This document shows, piece by piece, positions 1-9,453 of a stretch of 40,170 nt of DNA. A program made the position numbers and the translations under genes. This DNA is from a virus. Position 1 is the first letter of the stretch, and each line of letters starts with the position of its first letter. The stretch lies in IMG/VR virus record IMGVR_UViG_3300009506_000006, positions 1-40,170 of that record; one strand, given 5' to 3'. The notes under the pieces are model-generated. The model made no database searches. It was not told where the DNA came from and worked only from the letters and a program-made list of their open reading frames with translations.

Positions 1-754
1 CCATCAGAGTTTTCATGGCAGCGTAGTCCGCTGCACCCAACAGTGATTGGACGTTAGCTGACGGTGTGATCCCGGCAAATGTCTGCAGATCTGTATCGAG
101 CAGGGCATTGTCGATTAAGTTGTCATCAACAGTATCACCATTCAATCTGTCTGGGTCGATATCATTTGAAGTATGCGACTCGTAATTTGTATCACCTTCA
201 GTCTGAGTGACAACGTCTACCATCGATAACCCTGTCGCTCCATCTGATACCGGCGCTGTTCCGGACGATCCGGCAGTAATCAGGTTTTCGACAGTGAGCT
301 TAGTTTCGTCAACATCGATATCGATTTCATGATTGATGGTGTCGTCTGTTATCGTGATTTTGGTGGAACCGGTATTGATGTTTTTAAACTGCAGATCATC
401 CGAGACCTTTTGATAATACGGCCCTACGCCACCAGCACCTTGGTTGGAGGCTGTGTTGGCTTCACCGGAGGATGACAGGTCAAACATTAAACCCCAGTAT
501 GTTGCCCAACTGCCGCCAATACCTGGCTCGTCTCCAGCTGAAGATGTGTGTATAGCTATACAGATATAGGCTTTATTGTCATTTTGAACGACATCATCAA
601 CTTTGTAATCTGTTGATAGCGCCCAGGCGCCCTGCCAGGTCCATTTTTCGTAGTAATCCTGTGCGCCGGTTTGCGGATTGAACTTCCATTTGGCTGCAGC
701 CGGCGCTGCCAGCAACAGCATACATGCCATGATGATCATTAGTTTGCGAAACAT
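1..754 (-). CDS. Putative virion/adhesin-like protein with N-terminal signal peptide and carbohydrate-binding-module-like motif (3' partial)
   Basis: Not in ORF track (runs off the edge). Manual translation from ATG 754 (SD GAGG): MFRKLMIIMACMLLLAAPAAAKW...WQGAWALSTDYKVDDVVQNDNKAYICIAIHTSSAGDEPGIGGSWATYW..., open to position 1; downstream of capsid genes. Confidence 0.75.
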   Translation of the reverse strand, partial: MFRKLMIIMACMLLLAAPAAAKWKFNPQTGAQDYYEKWTWQGAWALSTDYKVDDVVQNDNKAYICIAIHTSSAGDEPGIGGSWATYWGLMFDLSSSGEANTASNQGAGGVGPYYQKVSDDLQFKNINTGSTKITITDDTINHEIDIDVDETKLTVENLITAGSSGTAPVSDGATGLSMVDVVTQTEGDTNYESHTSNDIDPDRLNGDTVDDNLIDNALLDTDLQTFAGITPSANVQSLLGAADYAAMKTLM

Positions 755-765
755 CGCGGTATACC

Positions 766-1014
766 TCACGAATATGTGTAACTTGCACGGTTATCCCACA
801 CGGCTACGTAGTCATTAGTCCCAGCAGCGAACTTAAGGGTTAAAATATTTCCGTTGCCATCGTAGGTGTATTTTTTAATTTGCCAACCAGCCGCGCTGGT
901 GGCTGTGCCTGGCTTGGCAACTCCATGGTATGTCAATGAAGTGCCGGTGTATTCAAACAGCTGTTGCATATCGAGATGCGCCAGCGGGAGATCGAGCATT
1001 TGATTGTTCAACAT
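766..1014 (-). CDS. Small putative virion protein
   Basis: 82 aa, G/T/Y-rich, SD GGAG, in structural gene run. Confidence 0.65.
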   Translation of the reverse strand: MLNNQMLDLPLAHLDMQQLFEYTGTSLTYHGVAKPGTATSAAGWQIKKYTYDGNGNILTLKFAAGTNDYVAVWDNRASYTYS

Positions 1015-1027
1015 GATATGTTACTCC

Positions 1028-1600
1028 TCAAGACTCTGTCAGAGTCGTTTGTTCGTTTTCGATGACTGGATTATCTTCATCGATTTCCCACTCAAAATCA
1101 TCGACTGTAATATCCATGGATTCATCGTCTTCGAATTCACCATCGACCATATCATCAAGTTCGTAGACTTCTTCAGCAGCCTGTTCCATTAACATGATTT
1201 CCCGAACCATATCGTCAAACGCAGTGGTTTTCGATATCCAAGTGTAAAACCTGTTACGTGCATATTCGTGGAGCTCATCCGCACTGTAGACGCACAGTTG
1301 TGGATCCAGTCCGCGAGTTTCACAGTCTTCAACAAACTTGTCGTCTTCTGCGGCTTGATCTACAGTGATCTCGGGCTGCAGCGTATTCACTGGATCATCG
1401 TTTTTTGTAATTGGCTGAATTTCTTCGACATTTGGCTGCCACTCATCTGAATGCATTGCCGCTTTAACTTCTTCGTCCACATCATACGGCGTATGGATGC
1501 GCGGATCGAAATCAATCATGTTGATGATCAAAAAATCGGTTTTAAGCTTATCTTTAAACTTGGCTGGAAGTTTAATACGAACGGTTTCCAAGACGGCCAT
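1028..1600 (-). CDS. Acidic hypothetical protein
   Basis: 190 aa, SD AAGGAG, D/E-rich C-terminus. Confidence 0.75.
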   Translation of the reverse strand: MAVLETVRIKLPAKFKDKLKTDFLIINMIDFDPRIHTPYDVDEEVKAAMHSDEWQPNVEEIQPITKNDDPVNTLQPEITVDQAAEDDKFVEDCETRGLDPQLCVYSADELHEYARNRFYTWISKTTAFDDMVREIMLMEQAAEEVYELDDMVDGEFEDDESMDITVDDFEWEIDEDNPVIENEQTTLTES

Positions 1601-1613
1601 GACGTCTCCTTGT

Positions 1614-1652
1614 AAAAAAGAAGGCGGGGCGAGAGTTCCTCGCGCCCGCCTT
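1614..1652 (-). terminator. Rho-independent terminator downstream of major capsid gene
   Basis: GC-rich imperfect hairpin 1621-1652 followed on - strand by a T tract (A run 1614-1619 on +). Confidence 0.7.
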
Positions 1653-1677
1653 GTAGTTTTGGGCTAATTTGACTTCA

Positions 1678-1706
1678 ATCTTACCCTGAGTAAGATTTTA
1701 TGTCAA
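1678..1706 (-). promoter_or_regulatory. Sigma70-type promoter overlapping a CTTAC-N5-GTAAG palindrome
   Basis: - strand TTGACA (1706-1701), 17 bp, TAAGAT (1683-1678); palindrome AATCTTAC-cctga-GTAAGATT 1677-1697. Confidence 0.65.
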
Positions 1707-2894
1707 TTAGTAATTTCTCCGTGCAATGACTGCCAGATTCGGATCCAAGCATTTTACGCCGTAGAGAACATCAAGTGTTACCAGGACCTTGGCATTTGCG
1801 TCATTGTACGCAACGCGACTGCGCAGAGAAAGTCCAGTACGCGGATCGGTGACGGTAGCAATACGGGCTCCAACTCCATTTCCAGTTTCGGGTAGCGGCG
1901 CCATAGCTACGGCGAACGCGTTCCGATGGAACATAACGTTGTAGTAATATTTGTCCGCATAGTTCGTTGCCGAAATGGTTTCGAACGTCACCACAGTCCC
2001 ACTGTTTGCAGCCGCAACCAGACCCGGATAGCAGGTTACAGTACCTGCGCCACCGGACAGTGTCACGTCAGCTGCCACACTGTAGCGCTGGGTATTGCCG
2101 GTAATTACGAAACTATCACCGGCTTTCAGGGTCTCAGTGCCGGTCAAGCCGGAGACTGAGAGGCTGGTTGCACGGATTGCCGCGGTTGCGGCCAGGGCAC
2201 CAGCAACGTCATTGGTAGCTGAGATGACCGTACCGGAGGTGTGGCTGGACAGTGTTTGCTGTACGAAATGCTCAACTCCGAAACGGGTGCCAAGATGTCC
2301 GCGCAGCGCGGTAGCTTGCTGCTCAGGCGTCTGACCGACTGTGCTTGCACCGTGGAAGATGCCGAGATTCATAAAAGCAGCTTCCAGGGTTGAATCGATT
2401 GCGAAATGCACCATATCGGTGTCGACCATTCCGCCGGCATTGTCGCGCAATACCTTGCGGGTGTTGATGATATCGGCAGCTGTCAGGCTGGAAGCCAGAT
2501 CGTAACTCCACGGCACCTTGTTGTACAGGGTGGTCAGTGAAGTTTCGATATAATTGGCCAGCGCGTACATTGCCGGGCTGATGTGCTCCTGAATGATTTT
2601 TTCGCTGGTGTAAGCCAGCTCCTGGTCGGTCAAACCGAATTTGACTTCGCGCCAGGTATTCAGATCGATGGTGATGTAGTTTGGATTGAGATCGGCCGCG
2701 GTGCCAGTACCGCCTGCCTGGGTTGACAGAGTGCCAGGCTTGCGGATTTGGATCGTGGAGCCAAGCTCGAAGCTCTTGCGCTCATCGTCGTATCCGTGAT
2801 ACACGCGTCGGGCCATGCCCAAAGCATTCTCGAGGACCGTCAGTCCTTCCTGGGCATAGAATACGGGATCATACGGAGTTGTGTAGTTTGACAT
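1707..2894 (-). CDS. Major capsid protein, P22 coat (gp5)-like
   Basis: 395 aa; GSTIQIRKP motif, FHRNAFAVA and LDVLYGVK C-terminal motifs typical of P22-type coat proteins; follows scaffold gene. Confidence 0.9.
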   Translation of the reverse strand: MSNYTTPYDPVFYAQEGLTVLENALGMARRVYHGYDDERKSFELGSTIQIRKPGTLSTQAGGTGTAADLNPNYITIDLNTWREVKFGLTDQELAYTSEKIIQEHISPAMYALANYIETSLTTLYNKVPWSYDLASSLTAADIINTRKVLRDNAGGMVDTDMVHFAIDSTLEAAFMNLGIFHGASTVGQTPEQQATALRGHLGTRFGVEHFVQQTLSSHTSGTVISATNDVAGALAATAAIRATSLSVSGLTGTETLKAGDSFVITGNTQRYSVAADVTLSGGAGTVTCYPGLVAAANSGTVVTFETISATNYADKYYYNVMFHRNAFAVAMAPLPETGNGVGARIATVTDPRTGLSLRSRVAYNDANAKVLVTLDVLYGVKCLDPNLAVIARRNY

Positions 2895-2905
2895 GCTTTG
2901 TTACC

Positions 2906-3739
2906 TCACTTTTCAGCAATTTGTATTTTGACGCCTTTTTCTATGGCAAGCTTTCTGGCTGCCCGATATTTTTCGGGATCACGGGCATCTTTTTGGCTTA
3001 GCACGATGAATTGGGCGTCTTTGTCGTAGTTCAAATTGCCGGACCCTCCGGGGCCTCCCGGTGAATTACGCAAAATCCAATCTTTTTGCGGGTACTTGTC
3101 GATCAAAAAACCGATGGCTTCCTCGAACTCGGCTGGCTCGCCTATGCGTGCCGGATCTCTGGACAGAATTTTCTCGCCACTGTAATAGCCGACAAGTTTC
3201 AGGTCACCGCTTTTGTCCTGTTCTGGTTTGAAGTATTTGCCGAACACTTCTTGGGCCATATCCCATGGGAGCGTCGTTTTGGGATTTTCGCCTGCAAAGT
3301 ATTTGCTTTTGGCAAAGTGACTTCCGATGATCAAATTGCGGATTGTAGAATCTTTGGTTTTGAGTTGCCCCTCGAATTCTTTGACCTTTTTTTCGTGCTC
3401 CTGGCGCGTTTTGTTCAGTTCGGTGTCGAATGTTTCCGTGTATTGCTTCTTGAGTTTTTCGACTTCACCGGCATCAATGAGCTTTTTGGCGTCCAGGTTG
3501 GCTACCGTTTCCAGGGCTTTCTTGGCCACTTCCGGATCTTCAATGCCTTCGAACAGCTTGAATTTCTCCTGGAATTTCTCCAGATCTTTGCGCCGGGACG
3601 CGCTTTCGTTGTTGAGTTCGTGGATTTTTTTCATGGCCCCGGGTGCATCAAAGGCCAGTTCATTGCCGTCTTCCATCTCGTAGACGGGCTTTCCATCGGT
3701 AAGTACGACATGACCATCTTGGTCCAGCTTCAGTTTCAT
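2906..3739 (-). CDS. Capsid scaffolding protein
   Basis: Start moved to MKLKLDQDGHVV (SD GGAAGGAG); charged coiled-coil, G-rich linker near C-terminus, directly upstream of capsid gene. Confidence 0.8.
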   Translation of the reverse strand: MKLKLDQDGHVVLTDGKPVYEMEDGNELAFDAPGAMKKIHELNNESASRRKDLEKFQEKFKLFEGIEDPEVAKKALETVANLDAKKLIDAGEVEKLKKQYTETFDTELNKTRQEHEKKVKEFEGQLKTKDSTIRNLIIGSHFAKSKYFAGENPKTTLPWDMAQEVFGKYFKPEQDKSGDLKLVGYYSGEKILSRDPARIGEPAEFEEAIGFLIDKYPQKDWILRNSPGGPGGSGNLNYDKDAQFIVLSQKDARDPEKYRAARKLAIEKGVKIQIAEK

Positions 3740-3900
3740 GCTTCTCGCTCCTTCCTTTGGCATCTCGCCGACAAAAAAATGGGGAACCCAGCAGTGTGCG
3801 GCTGCTGTAATTCCCCGTAAATCTTGATGATTCACACCGGCCTGTGCGAATCAAGACCACGTTATTAACACGATTGTTAACAATATGGTCGACAAAATTA

Positions 3901-3935
3901 TTGACAATTTTCTTACTATCGGTAAGAATTGTCAA
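3901..3935. promoter_or_regulatory. Divergent control region: two facing TTGACA hexamers around a CTTAC-N5-GTAAG palindrome
   Basis: TTGACAattTTCTTAC-tatcg-GTAAGAAtTGTCAA between divergent scaffold and terS genes. Confidence 0.6.
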
Positions 3936-3994
3936 GTAAAAAATGCAGGCTAGCGAATTTTTTAATCTGGAACTTTAAGAAGCGAGGTGCTCTG

Positions 3995-4531
3995 ATGGCT
4001 GATGTTCTGGGTAGAAAATCCCCAAAATCAAAGAAAGGAGCGTGGAAATATAAGAAGATCGAGATGCTGAAACGGCGTATTCAAATTATGGATTTGAAAA
4101 AACAGGAGTACACTAAAACGCAAATTGCGCAGATGCTTGGTATCGATGAAAGCCAAGTGACTCGTGACATCCAAGCCATAGACCAAGAGGTCTCTGAAGA
4201 ATATCGTTCTAGGATTACTGATTTGTCTGGAATCATAGCCGCGGAATACCAGAAGATCTGTTTTTTGGAAAATTTGTGTGCGCAAAGATTAGAGCGGACT
4301 AAAAACAATCCAGAACGCGGATCGCGTTTTGTCGAAGAATGGCGTAAATTAATGGAACGCAAGGCCAAGCTGCTTGGATTAGACAGCGAAACAAAACACA
4401 GATACACCATTGACGAAAATCCGGCTACCAAAGAACAGCGCGATGCTGCTGTACAAGCTGCGCTGAAGGCAGCTCAGATTAGCAAGGAGCTCAAGCTTGA
4501 CGAAGACAGCGAAACAGTCGGCAGCGCTTGA
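3995..4531 (+). CDS. terS: Putative terminase small subunit (HTH)
   Basis: HTH-like TKTQIAQMLGIDESQVTRDI, RKAKLLGLD motif, overlaps terL start; start set at MADVLG (SD GAGG). Confidence 0.7.
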   Translation: MADVLGRKSPKSKKGAWKYKKIEMLKRRIQIMDLKKQEYTKTQIAQMLGIDESQVTRDIQAIDQEVSEEYRSRITDLSGIIAAEYQKICFLENLCAQRLERTKNNPERGSRFVEEWRKLMERKAKLLGLDSETKHRYTIDENPATKEQRDAAVQAALKAAQISKELKLDEDSETVGSA

Positions 4532-5978
4532 TTTATCTCCTGAACAGCTGGCTTACAGCCAATTGTTGGCCTATGCTGCTTATATGTATCCGCAGTATAA
4601 AGTGGGACATCATCACGCGCTGATTGCCAAACATTTAGAAAGAGTAGAACGCGGTGAGCTCACTAGGCTTATGGTGTTTTTGCCACCAAGATCAGGCAAG
4701 TCGTTTCTGTGTTCAGAATTTTTTCCAGCCTGGTACTTAGGACGCAATCCGACCAAGCAAGTTATTGCCGCCACATACAGCCACGAAAAAGCCGGGGACT
4801 CGGGCCGCAAAGTTCGCAACTATATGGTCGATCCAATCTTTGCAGCAATTTTTCCGGAATGCCAAGTATCCTCTGATCAAAAAAGTGCCAATCATTTGAG
4901 CACTTTGCAGGGCGGAAACCTGTATTCAGTTGGTGTACGCGGTGCACAGGCCGGCCGCGGCGCACATCTGTTTCTGGTGGATGATCCGCTTAAGGATCGC
5001 AAAGAAGCTGACAGTGAAGTTGAACAGAAGCGTCTGCGTGATTGGTATCGTGCTGTAGCGTATACGCGATTAATGCCTGGCCAATCCGCTGTAATCGTTA
5101 TTATGACGAGATGGCATTACAATGATCTAGCCGGCTGGCTGCTCTCCGAACATAAACATGAAAATTGGACTGTGTTGTCTTTACCGGCAATCTCTGAAGA
5201 TGACGATCTGCTTGGCCGTAAACCTGGAGATCCACTTTGGCCTGAGGCTTATCCGCTTGGCAACCTGTATAAGATTAAAAAGACTGTTGGAACCCGGGAA
5301 TGGAACGCATTATATCAACAGCGTCCGCTGCCGGAAGAAGGCGGCTTGGTTAACCTTGAATGGTTTATGCGCTACTCGATGTTTGACTGGGGCAAATGGC
5401 AGGCTGCAGTACGTGTCGACGGACGCAAGTTCGACCGGGCTAACTCGCATTTTCCAATCAAGAAAATTGTGTGCTCGTGGGATACAGCTTTCAAAGAAAA
5501 GCAAATCAACGACCCGTCTGCCTGCACAGTTTGGGGCGTGACTGATAAGGATTATTATTTGCTGTACATGATCAACGAACGCTTGGACTTTCCTAAACTC
5601 AAGCGCCGTGTGGTTGAAGTCCAGGAACTCAATTGTCGTAAACTGGGATTTAAGAATTACGAAGTCATCGTGCTGATTGAAGACAAGGGCTCCGGCACCA
5701 GCTTGATTCAGGAGCTCAAACGTGAAACCAATATTCCGGTGATTGGCTGTACGCCAGATGCTAATAAGATCTTTCGCATGGAGTCAGTCAGTGCGTTGAT
5801 CGAAGCCGGCCGGGTGTGGATTCCAGACCGTGCAGTTTGGCTGACGGATTTTGAGACCCAGATGGCGGAGTTTCCCTATGGCAAGCATGATGATATCGTG
5901 GACAGTGTAAGCCAATTTTTGCGTTGGATAAATAAACCTAAATTTAAACGTAGTCAAGGAACTCTTTTTTACAAATAA
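4497..5978 (+). CDS. terL: Terminase large subunit
   Basis: Walker A PPRSGKS, Walker B FLVDD, MTRW motif, nuclease residues SWDTA, IEDK, HDDIVDS. Confidence 0.95.
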   Translation: MTKTAKQSAALDLSPEQLAYSQLLAYAAYMYPQYKVGHHHALIAKHLERVERGELTRLMVFLPPRSGKSFLCSEFFPAWYLGRNPTKQVIAATYSHEKAGDSGRKVRNYMVDPIFAAIFPECQVSSDQKSANHLSTLQGGNLYSVGVRGAQAGRGAHLFLVDDPLKDRKEADSEVEQKRLRDWYRAVAYTRLMPGQSAVIVIMTRWHYNDLAGWLLSEHKHENWTVLSLPAISEDDDLLGRKPGDPLWPEAYPLGNLYKIKKTVGTREWNALYQQRPLPEEGGLVNLEWFMRYSMFDWGKWQAAVRVDGRKFDRANSHFPIKKIVCSWDTAFKEKQINDPSACTVWGVTDKDYYLLYMINERLDFPKLKRRVVEVQELNCRKLGFKNYEVIVLIEDKGSGTSLIQELKRETNIPVIGCTPDANKIFRMESVSALIEAGRVWIPDRAVWLTDFETQMAEFPYGKHDDIVDSVSQFLRWINKPKFKRSQGTLFYK

Positions 5979-6002
5979 AAATCTTACTGAGGGTAAGAAC
6001 CG

Positions 6003-7424
6003 ATGGACAAGCAAGAATTACAGCGAACGCATCCGGATTATGACGCAAACATCGATGATTGGAACTTGTACAGTCTGGCTTATACCGGTGGACGCAAATT
6101 TATTGAATACGCTCTCGATCGTATTGAACGCGAAACCCAGGATAATTACGAAGATCGTATCAAGGAAGGTGTATGCCTGAATTTTTCTCGCGCTATTGTT
6201 GATTTGTTTAATTTCTATTTAACGGAAAAGGCCGCTATACGGGAACTGCATACACTTGAAAGTGATGCTCAGTGGCGGATGTTTCTGCGTGACTGCGATT
6301 TCCGTGGTACAGATTTTGACACATTTATGATCGAAGCCAGTCGCTTGAATTCGGTTAACGGTTCACTTGGTTTGCTGGTGACTAAACCAGAAGTTGGTGC
6401 CCAGAATGTCAGCGAAGAAATTAGTGCTAACGTATATCCATATTGCTGTGCGTATACTCTTCAAAACATTCTCGATTGGGAATTCGACAAGGATCCTGCT
6501 AGCGGCCGTCCACGCCTGACTCGCATCAAACTCCGCGAAGACGACGGACGTTACTTGATCTGGTACCTGGACCGATGGGAGCTATGGTCGGTTGGTGCCA
6601 AAGATAAAGTTCATTTAGATGACGGTGGCGAAAATCCGCTAGACGAAATTCCTTTCATCTGGTTTCCAAGCATGCGCAGCCTGGTAGCGCCGTATCTTGG
6701 CCAGTCTGATATTACCGAAATTTCAAGGATTCAGCTTAGCTTAACACGCAATATTTCGTGTGGGGAAGAAATCATCAAATGGAGCGGTTTTCCGATGATG
6801 CGAAAACCCATGCTCATGGAAGGCGAGGAAGAAAAGGAAGACGTGATTGGTAACACGGCAGTGCAGGAATATAATCCGGAATTCGGTGGAGACGCTAAAC
6901 CTGATTGGATGCCGACCGAAGTGCTGGAGCCTATTGAAGCGATCTTAAATTGGATCGATCGCAAAATCGATGAAACCTATCGTATTGCTCATTTATCCGG
7001 TGTGCACGGTCAGCGCAAATCTAATAACGAAGTGTCTAGCGGATTAGCGCTGCGCTACGAATTTCAGCAGCTGTATTCGGTCTTGAGCAAAAAAGCCGAG
7101 TCGCTGGTTGAGACCGAATACAGCATTATTCGGTTGTGGCTGAAATGGCAAAAGAAACTTGACTTGTTCGAACAAATCAAAATCAAGCGCTCCAAGTTGT
7201 TCTCCGTAGACGACTTGGCTATCAGTCTCGAGAACCAGATTAAGACTATGACCAATGTTACCAGCCGGACATTCAAGATTTTGGCTCAGAAACATATGGT
7301 TAAACAAATGCTGCCGGATATTAATGAATCTGATATGCAGACTATAGAAGCTGAATTGCAAGCTCCAACAACACAGAAAAAAGAGGATAATATCGAAGAA
7401 GCTGGTGATTCATTTTCTAAGTAG
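6003..7424 (+). CDS. Portal protein (SPP1 gp6-like)
   Basis: 473 aa right after terL; NPLDEIPF and SGLALR motifs typical of portals. Confidence 0.88.
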   Translation: MDKQELQRTHPDYDANIDDWNLYSLAYTGGRKFIEYALDRIERETQDNYEDRIKEGVCLNFSRAIVDLFNFYLTEKAAIRELHTLESDAQWRMFLRDCDFRGTDFDTFMIEASRLNSVNGSLGLLVTKPEVGAQNVSEEISANVYPYCCAYTLQNILDWEFDKDPASGRPRLTRIKLREDDGRYLIWYLDRWELWSVGAKDKVHLDDGGENPLDEIPFIWFPSMRSLVAPYLGQSDITEISRIQLSLTRNISCGEEIIKWSGFPMMRKPMLMEGEEEKEDVIGNTAVQEYNPEFGGDAKPDWMPTEVLEPIEAILNWIDRKIDETYRIAHLSGVHGQRKSNNEVSSGLALRYEFQQLYSVLSKKAESLVETEYSIIRLWLKWQKKLDLFEQIKIKRSKLFSVDDLAISLENQIKTMTNVTSRTFKILAQKHMVKQMLPDINESDMQTIEAELQAPTTQKKEDNIEEAGDSFSK

Positions 7425-7679
7425 TATTTCTTTAATTTTAAGCACAGCTAAATATTCAAAGAAATTTTTTAGTACGTCGTGGCAGTTATAACGTTCAACC
7501 CATATTTGCGCAACTCGTTTGGAAAATGGTGTTGCTTCAACTGGATTCCTTGTCAACGAGAAATAAATAGTTTCTCCATTTGCTTCGAAAACGTAATGCT
7601 TAATTCTTCGAAAATATCCGTAATCTTCTGAGTCAGTTTTGTTTTCCCACTTAATTATATAAAGTTTCTGCGATTTCAT
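7410..7679 (-). CDS. Small protein, paralog family A
   Basis: N-term MKSQKLYIIK, C-term IKEILLRK resemble neighbours. Confidence 0.7.
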   Translation of the reverse strand: MKSQKLYIIKWENKTDSEDYGYFRRIKHYVFEANGETIYFSLTRNPVEATPFSKRVAQIWVERYNCHDVLKNFFEYLAVLKIKEILLRK

Positions 7680-7680
7680 T

Positions 7681-7962
7681 TCATATCAACTGGTGCGGTA
7701 AAAAGCAGCAATAGTGCCCCCATTCGTTGATAGCCAGACAGTAGTTATCTGTCGTCATAGCTATTGCTAAACATGGCATATTGACGATCGATCCGTCAGA
7801 TTGCTTAATAAATAATCCGCATCGACTGTTTTCGATTGCCGAAAATATCACAGTAAACTCCGGATTCTGGTGTGCCAGTTTCAGAAAACGCTCAATTTTT
7901 TTCAGCTGGAATTTTGGTATGCAGAGCAACTCGATAACAATCTTTCTTTGGCATATAAACAA
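7681..7962 (-). CDS. Hypothetical protein (start uncertain)
   Basis: ORF fills gap between family A genes. Confidence 0.45.
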   Translation of the reverse strand: MFICQRKIVIELLCIPKFQLKKIERFLKLAHQNPEFTVIFSAIENSRCGLFIKQSDGSIVNMPCLAIAMTTDNYCLAINEWGHYCCFLPHQLI

Positions 7963-8177
7963 ATAGTGGTTTCAAACCTCGCGTTTTCTTCATTACATCT
8001 GGTAGCAATGGCAGTAGCTTGCTGTTTTGTCATATGTACAGCGTCTTTGAGATGTCTCCCCCAATAAACATTTCCTAAACCTGTGCGACGTGTCTTTGGA
8101 TTTGTGTCTATGCAGTAGTATGTCGCTGGCTGTGCTATATAATATGTTTTGACGATCCACAACTTTTGATGCTTCAT
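7902..8177 (-). CDS. Small protein, paralog family A
   Basis: MKHQKLWIVK...LYAKERLL; ATGA overlap with upstream gene. Confidence 0.75.
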   Translation of the reverse strand: MKHQKLWIVKTYYIAQPATYYCIDTNPKTRRTGLGNVYWGRHLKDAVHMTKQQATAIATRCNEENARFETTICLYAKERLLSSCSAYQNSS

Positions 8178-8413
8178 TTGCCAAGCAGTCTTTCTTTAGC
8201 ATAAAGTTCTATGGTGAAACTATAGTTCTTATAGTTAGAGGACCATCCATAAAATTTTTGCGTCTGACTTTTCAACTGTTCTGCTTCTTGTAGATTAAAT
8301 AACTGTGCATTCTTCAGACTCATTCTCCATAAACGGTCTTTACTATAATACCAGGCAAATTTCGGATAGGTTTCTTTAGTGCATTTTATTACCCACAACT
8401 TTTGATGCTTCAT
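8174..8413 (-). CDS. Small protein, paralog family A
   Basis: MKHQKLWVIK...ELYAKERLLGK; start reassigned to ATGA overlap at 8413. Confidence 0.8.
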   Translation of the reverse strand: MKHQKLWVIKCTKETYPKFAWYYSKDRLWRMSLKNAQLFNLQEAEQLKSQTQKFYGWSSNYKNYSFTIELYAKERLLGK

Positions 8414-8706
8414 CTGCCAAGCAGTCTTTCTTTGATATACAACTCGACACTGTATTCCCACCTGGTGTCAACTCGATATCCGTTGACAACTCGATATCTG
8501 TTGACAACTCGATATCTGTTGACAACTTCCGAGGCTTCTTGGTAAGTCATAAGCGTTGCATCTTTGACACACGCTACTGAATCAAATTCCCACAACCTGC
8601 TTTCTGATTTGGCAAAATATTTAGCACCGAATTTGTAAATCGACGTCGCTTTAACCACCCAGCATTTTTGCTTTTGTATATTCTGCAATGATTCGTTTGC
8701 CTTCAT
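8410..8706 (-). CDS. Small protein, paralog family A, with internal VVNRYR repeat
   Basis: QKQKCWVVK...ELYIKERLLGR. Confidence 0.7.
   Translation of the reverse strand: MKANESLQNIQKQKCWVVKATSIYKFGAKYFAKSESRLWEFDSVACVKDATLMTYQEASEVVNRYRVVNRYRVVNGYRVDTRWEYSVELYIKERLLGR
8469..8527. repeat. 18-bp in-frame tandem repeat (~3.3 copies)
   Basis: caactcgatatc(c/t)gttga at 8469, 8487, 8505 plus partial copy. Confidence 0.9.
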
Positions 8707-9202
8707 CGGATTGAGGGTCTATGTCCATGATTTCCATGTATTCTTTAGGACAATGCAGTATCGCTGCGCTCAGAATAATATCAATGGATTGAGACGGTGT
8801 TTCAACTGTGTTAGGCGGCCCATAAACTTGTTCCAGGAAATAAAGAAATGAAAATTGATTGTACTGATAAATTCTAAGTGTTCCCCAGTCGGACCAGCAA
8901 ATATCGTCATCTTCACTTTTTTCAAGTTTAACCATTTGGTTTGTAATGTTGGATCTGACTGCGAATTCTTCGTCATTCAGTTGATCTTGGATATCTGTTG
9001 CAAGATCGGTTTTCCAACCATGTATGATAAAAGATGTCGGAATCTGACTATCTGGATATCCAAAATATTGAGGGCGTATGCCCGAATCAATTTGGCTTAG
9101 GCATTCGGATACCCGATAAATCCATCTGACAAAATCTTTGGTAATTTTGAAATAAGCAAACTGTGTTTCGTCCGTGCCCCAGATTTTAGTATAACAAATC
9201 AT
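8651..9202 (-). CDS. Hypothetical protein
   Basis: 183 aa, ATGA-coupled to upstream gene. Confidence 0.75.
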   Translation of the reverse strand: MICYTKIWGTDETQFAYFKITKDFVRWIYRVSECLSQIDSGIRPQYFGYPDSQIPTSFIIHGWKTDLATDIQDQLNDEEFAVRSNITNQMVKLEKSEDDDICWSDWGTLRIYQYNQFSFLYFLEQVYGPPNTVETPSQSIDIILSAAILHCPKEYMEIMDIDPQSDEGKRIIAEYTKAKMLGG

Positions 9203-9453
9203 TTCCGCAGCAACCTTTCTTTGATATAAAGCTCGACCGTTGTACGGAAACCTTCATTTTCATGTGCAATCACGACTTGCCTAACAAGTTTTCGTGTAAA
9301 GGATTCCGGTAACCTTAACACTTCATTAATATTCTTAGTCCAGTACGACTTGCCGAGATCGATTGGAAGTTCCAAAACTCTTAGATACCAGACTGCAGGA
9401 TAAGTTTGATCTATTGGTATGGACTTAATGATATACATGGGTAGCTCATTCAT
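9199..9453 (-). CDS. Small protein, paralog family A
   Basis: MYIIK...VELYIKERLLRK. Confidence 0.78.
   Translation of the reverse strand: MNELPMYIIKSIPIDQTYPAVWYLRVLELPIDLGKSYWTKNINEVLRLPESFTRKLVRQVVIAHENEGFRTTVELYIKERLLRK

Noticed and set aside
3086-3820. Long + strand ORF (also 9772-10428, 36030-36560, 39620-40141 and similar)
   Set aside because: Antisense shadows of well-supported minus-strand genes, without recognisable motifs
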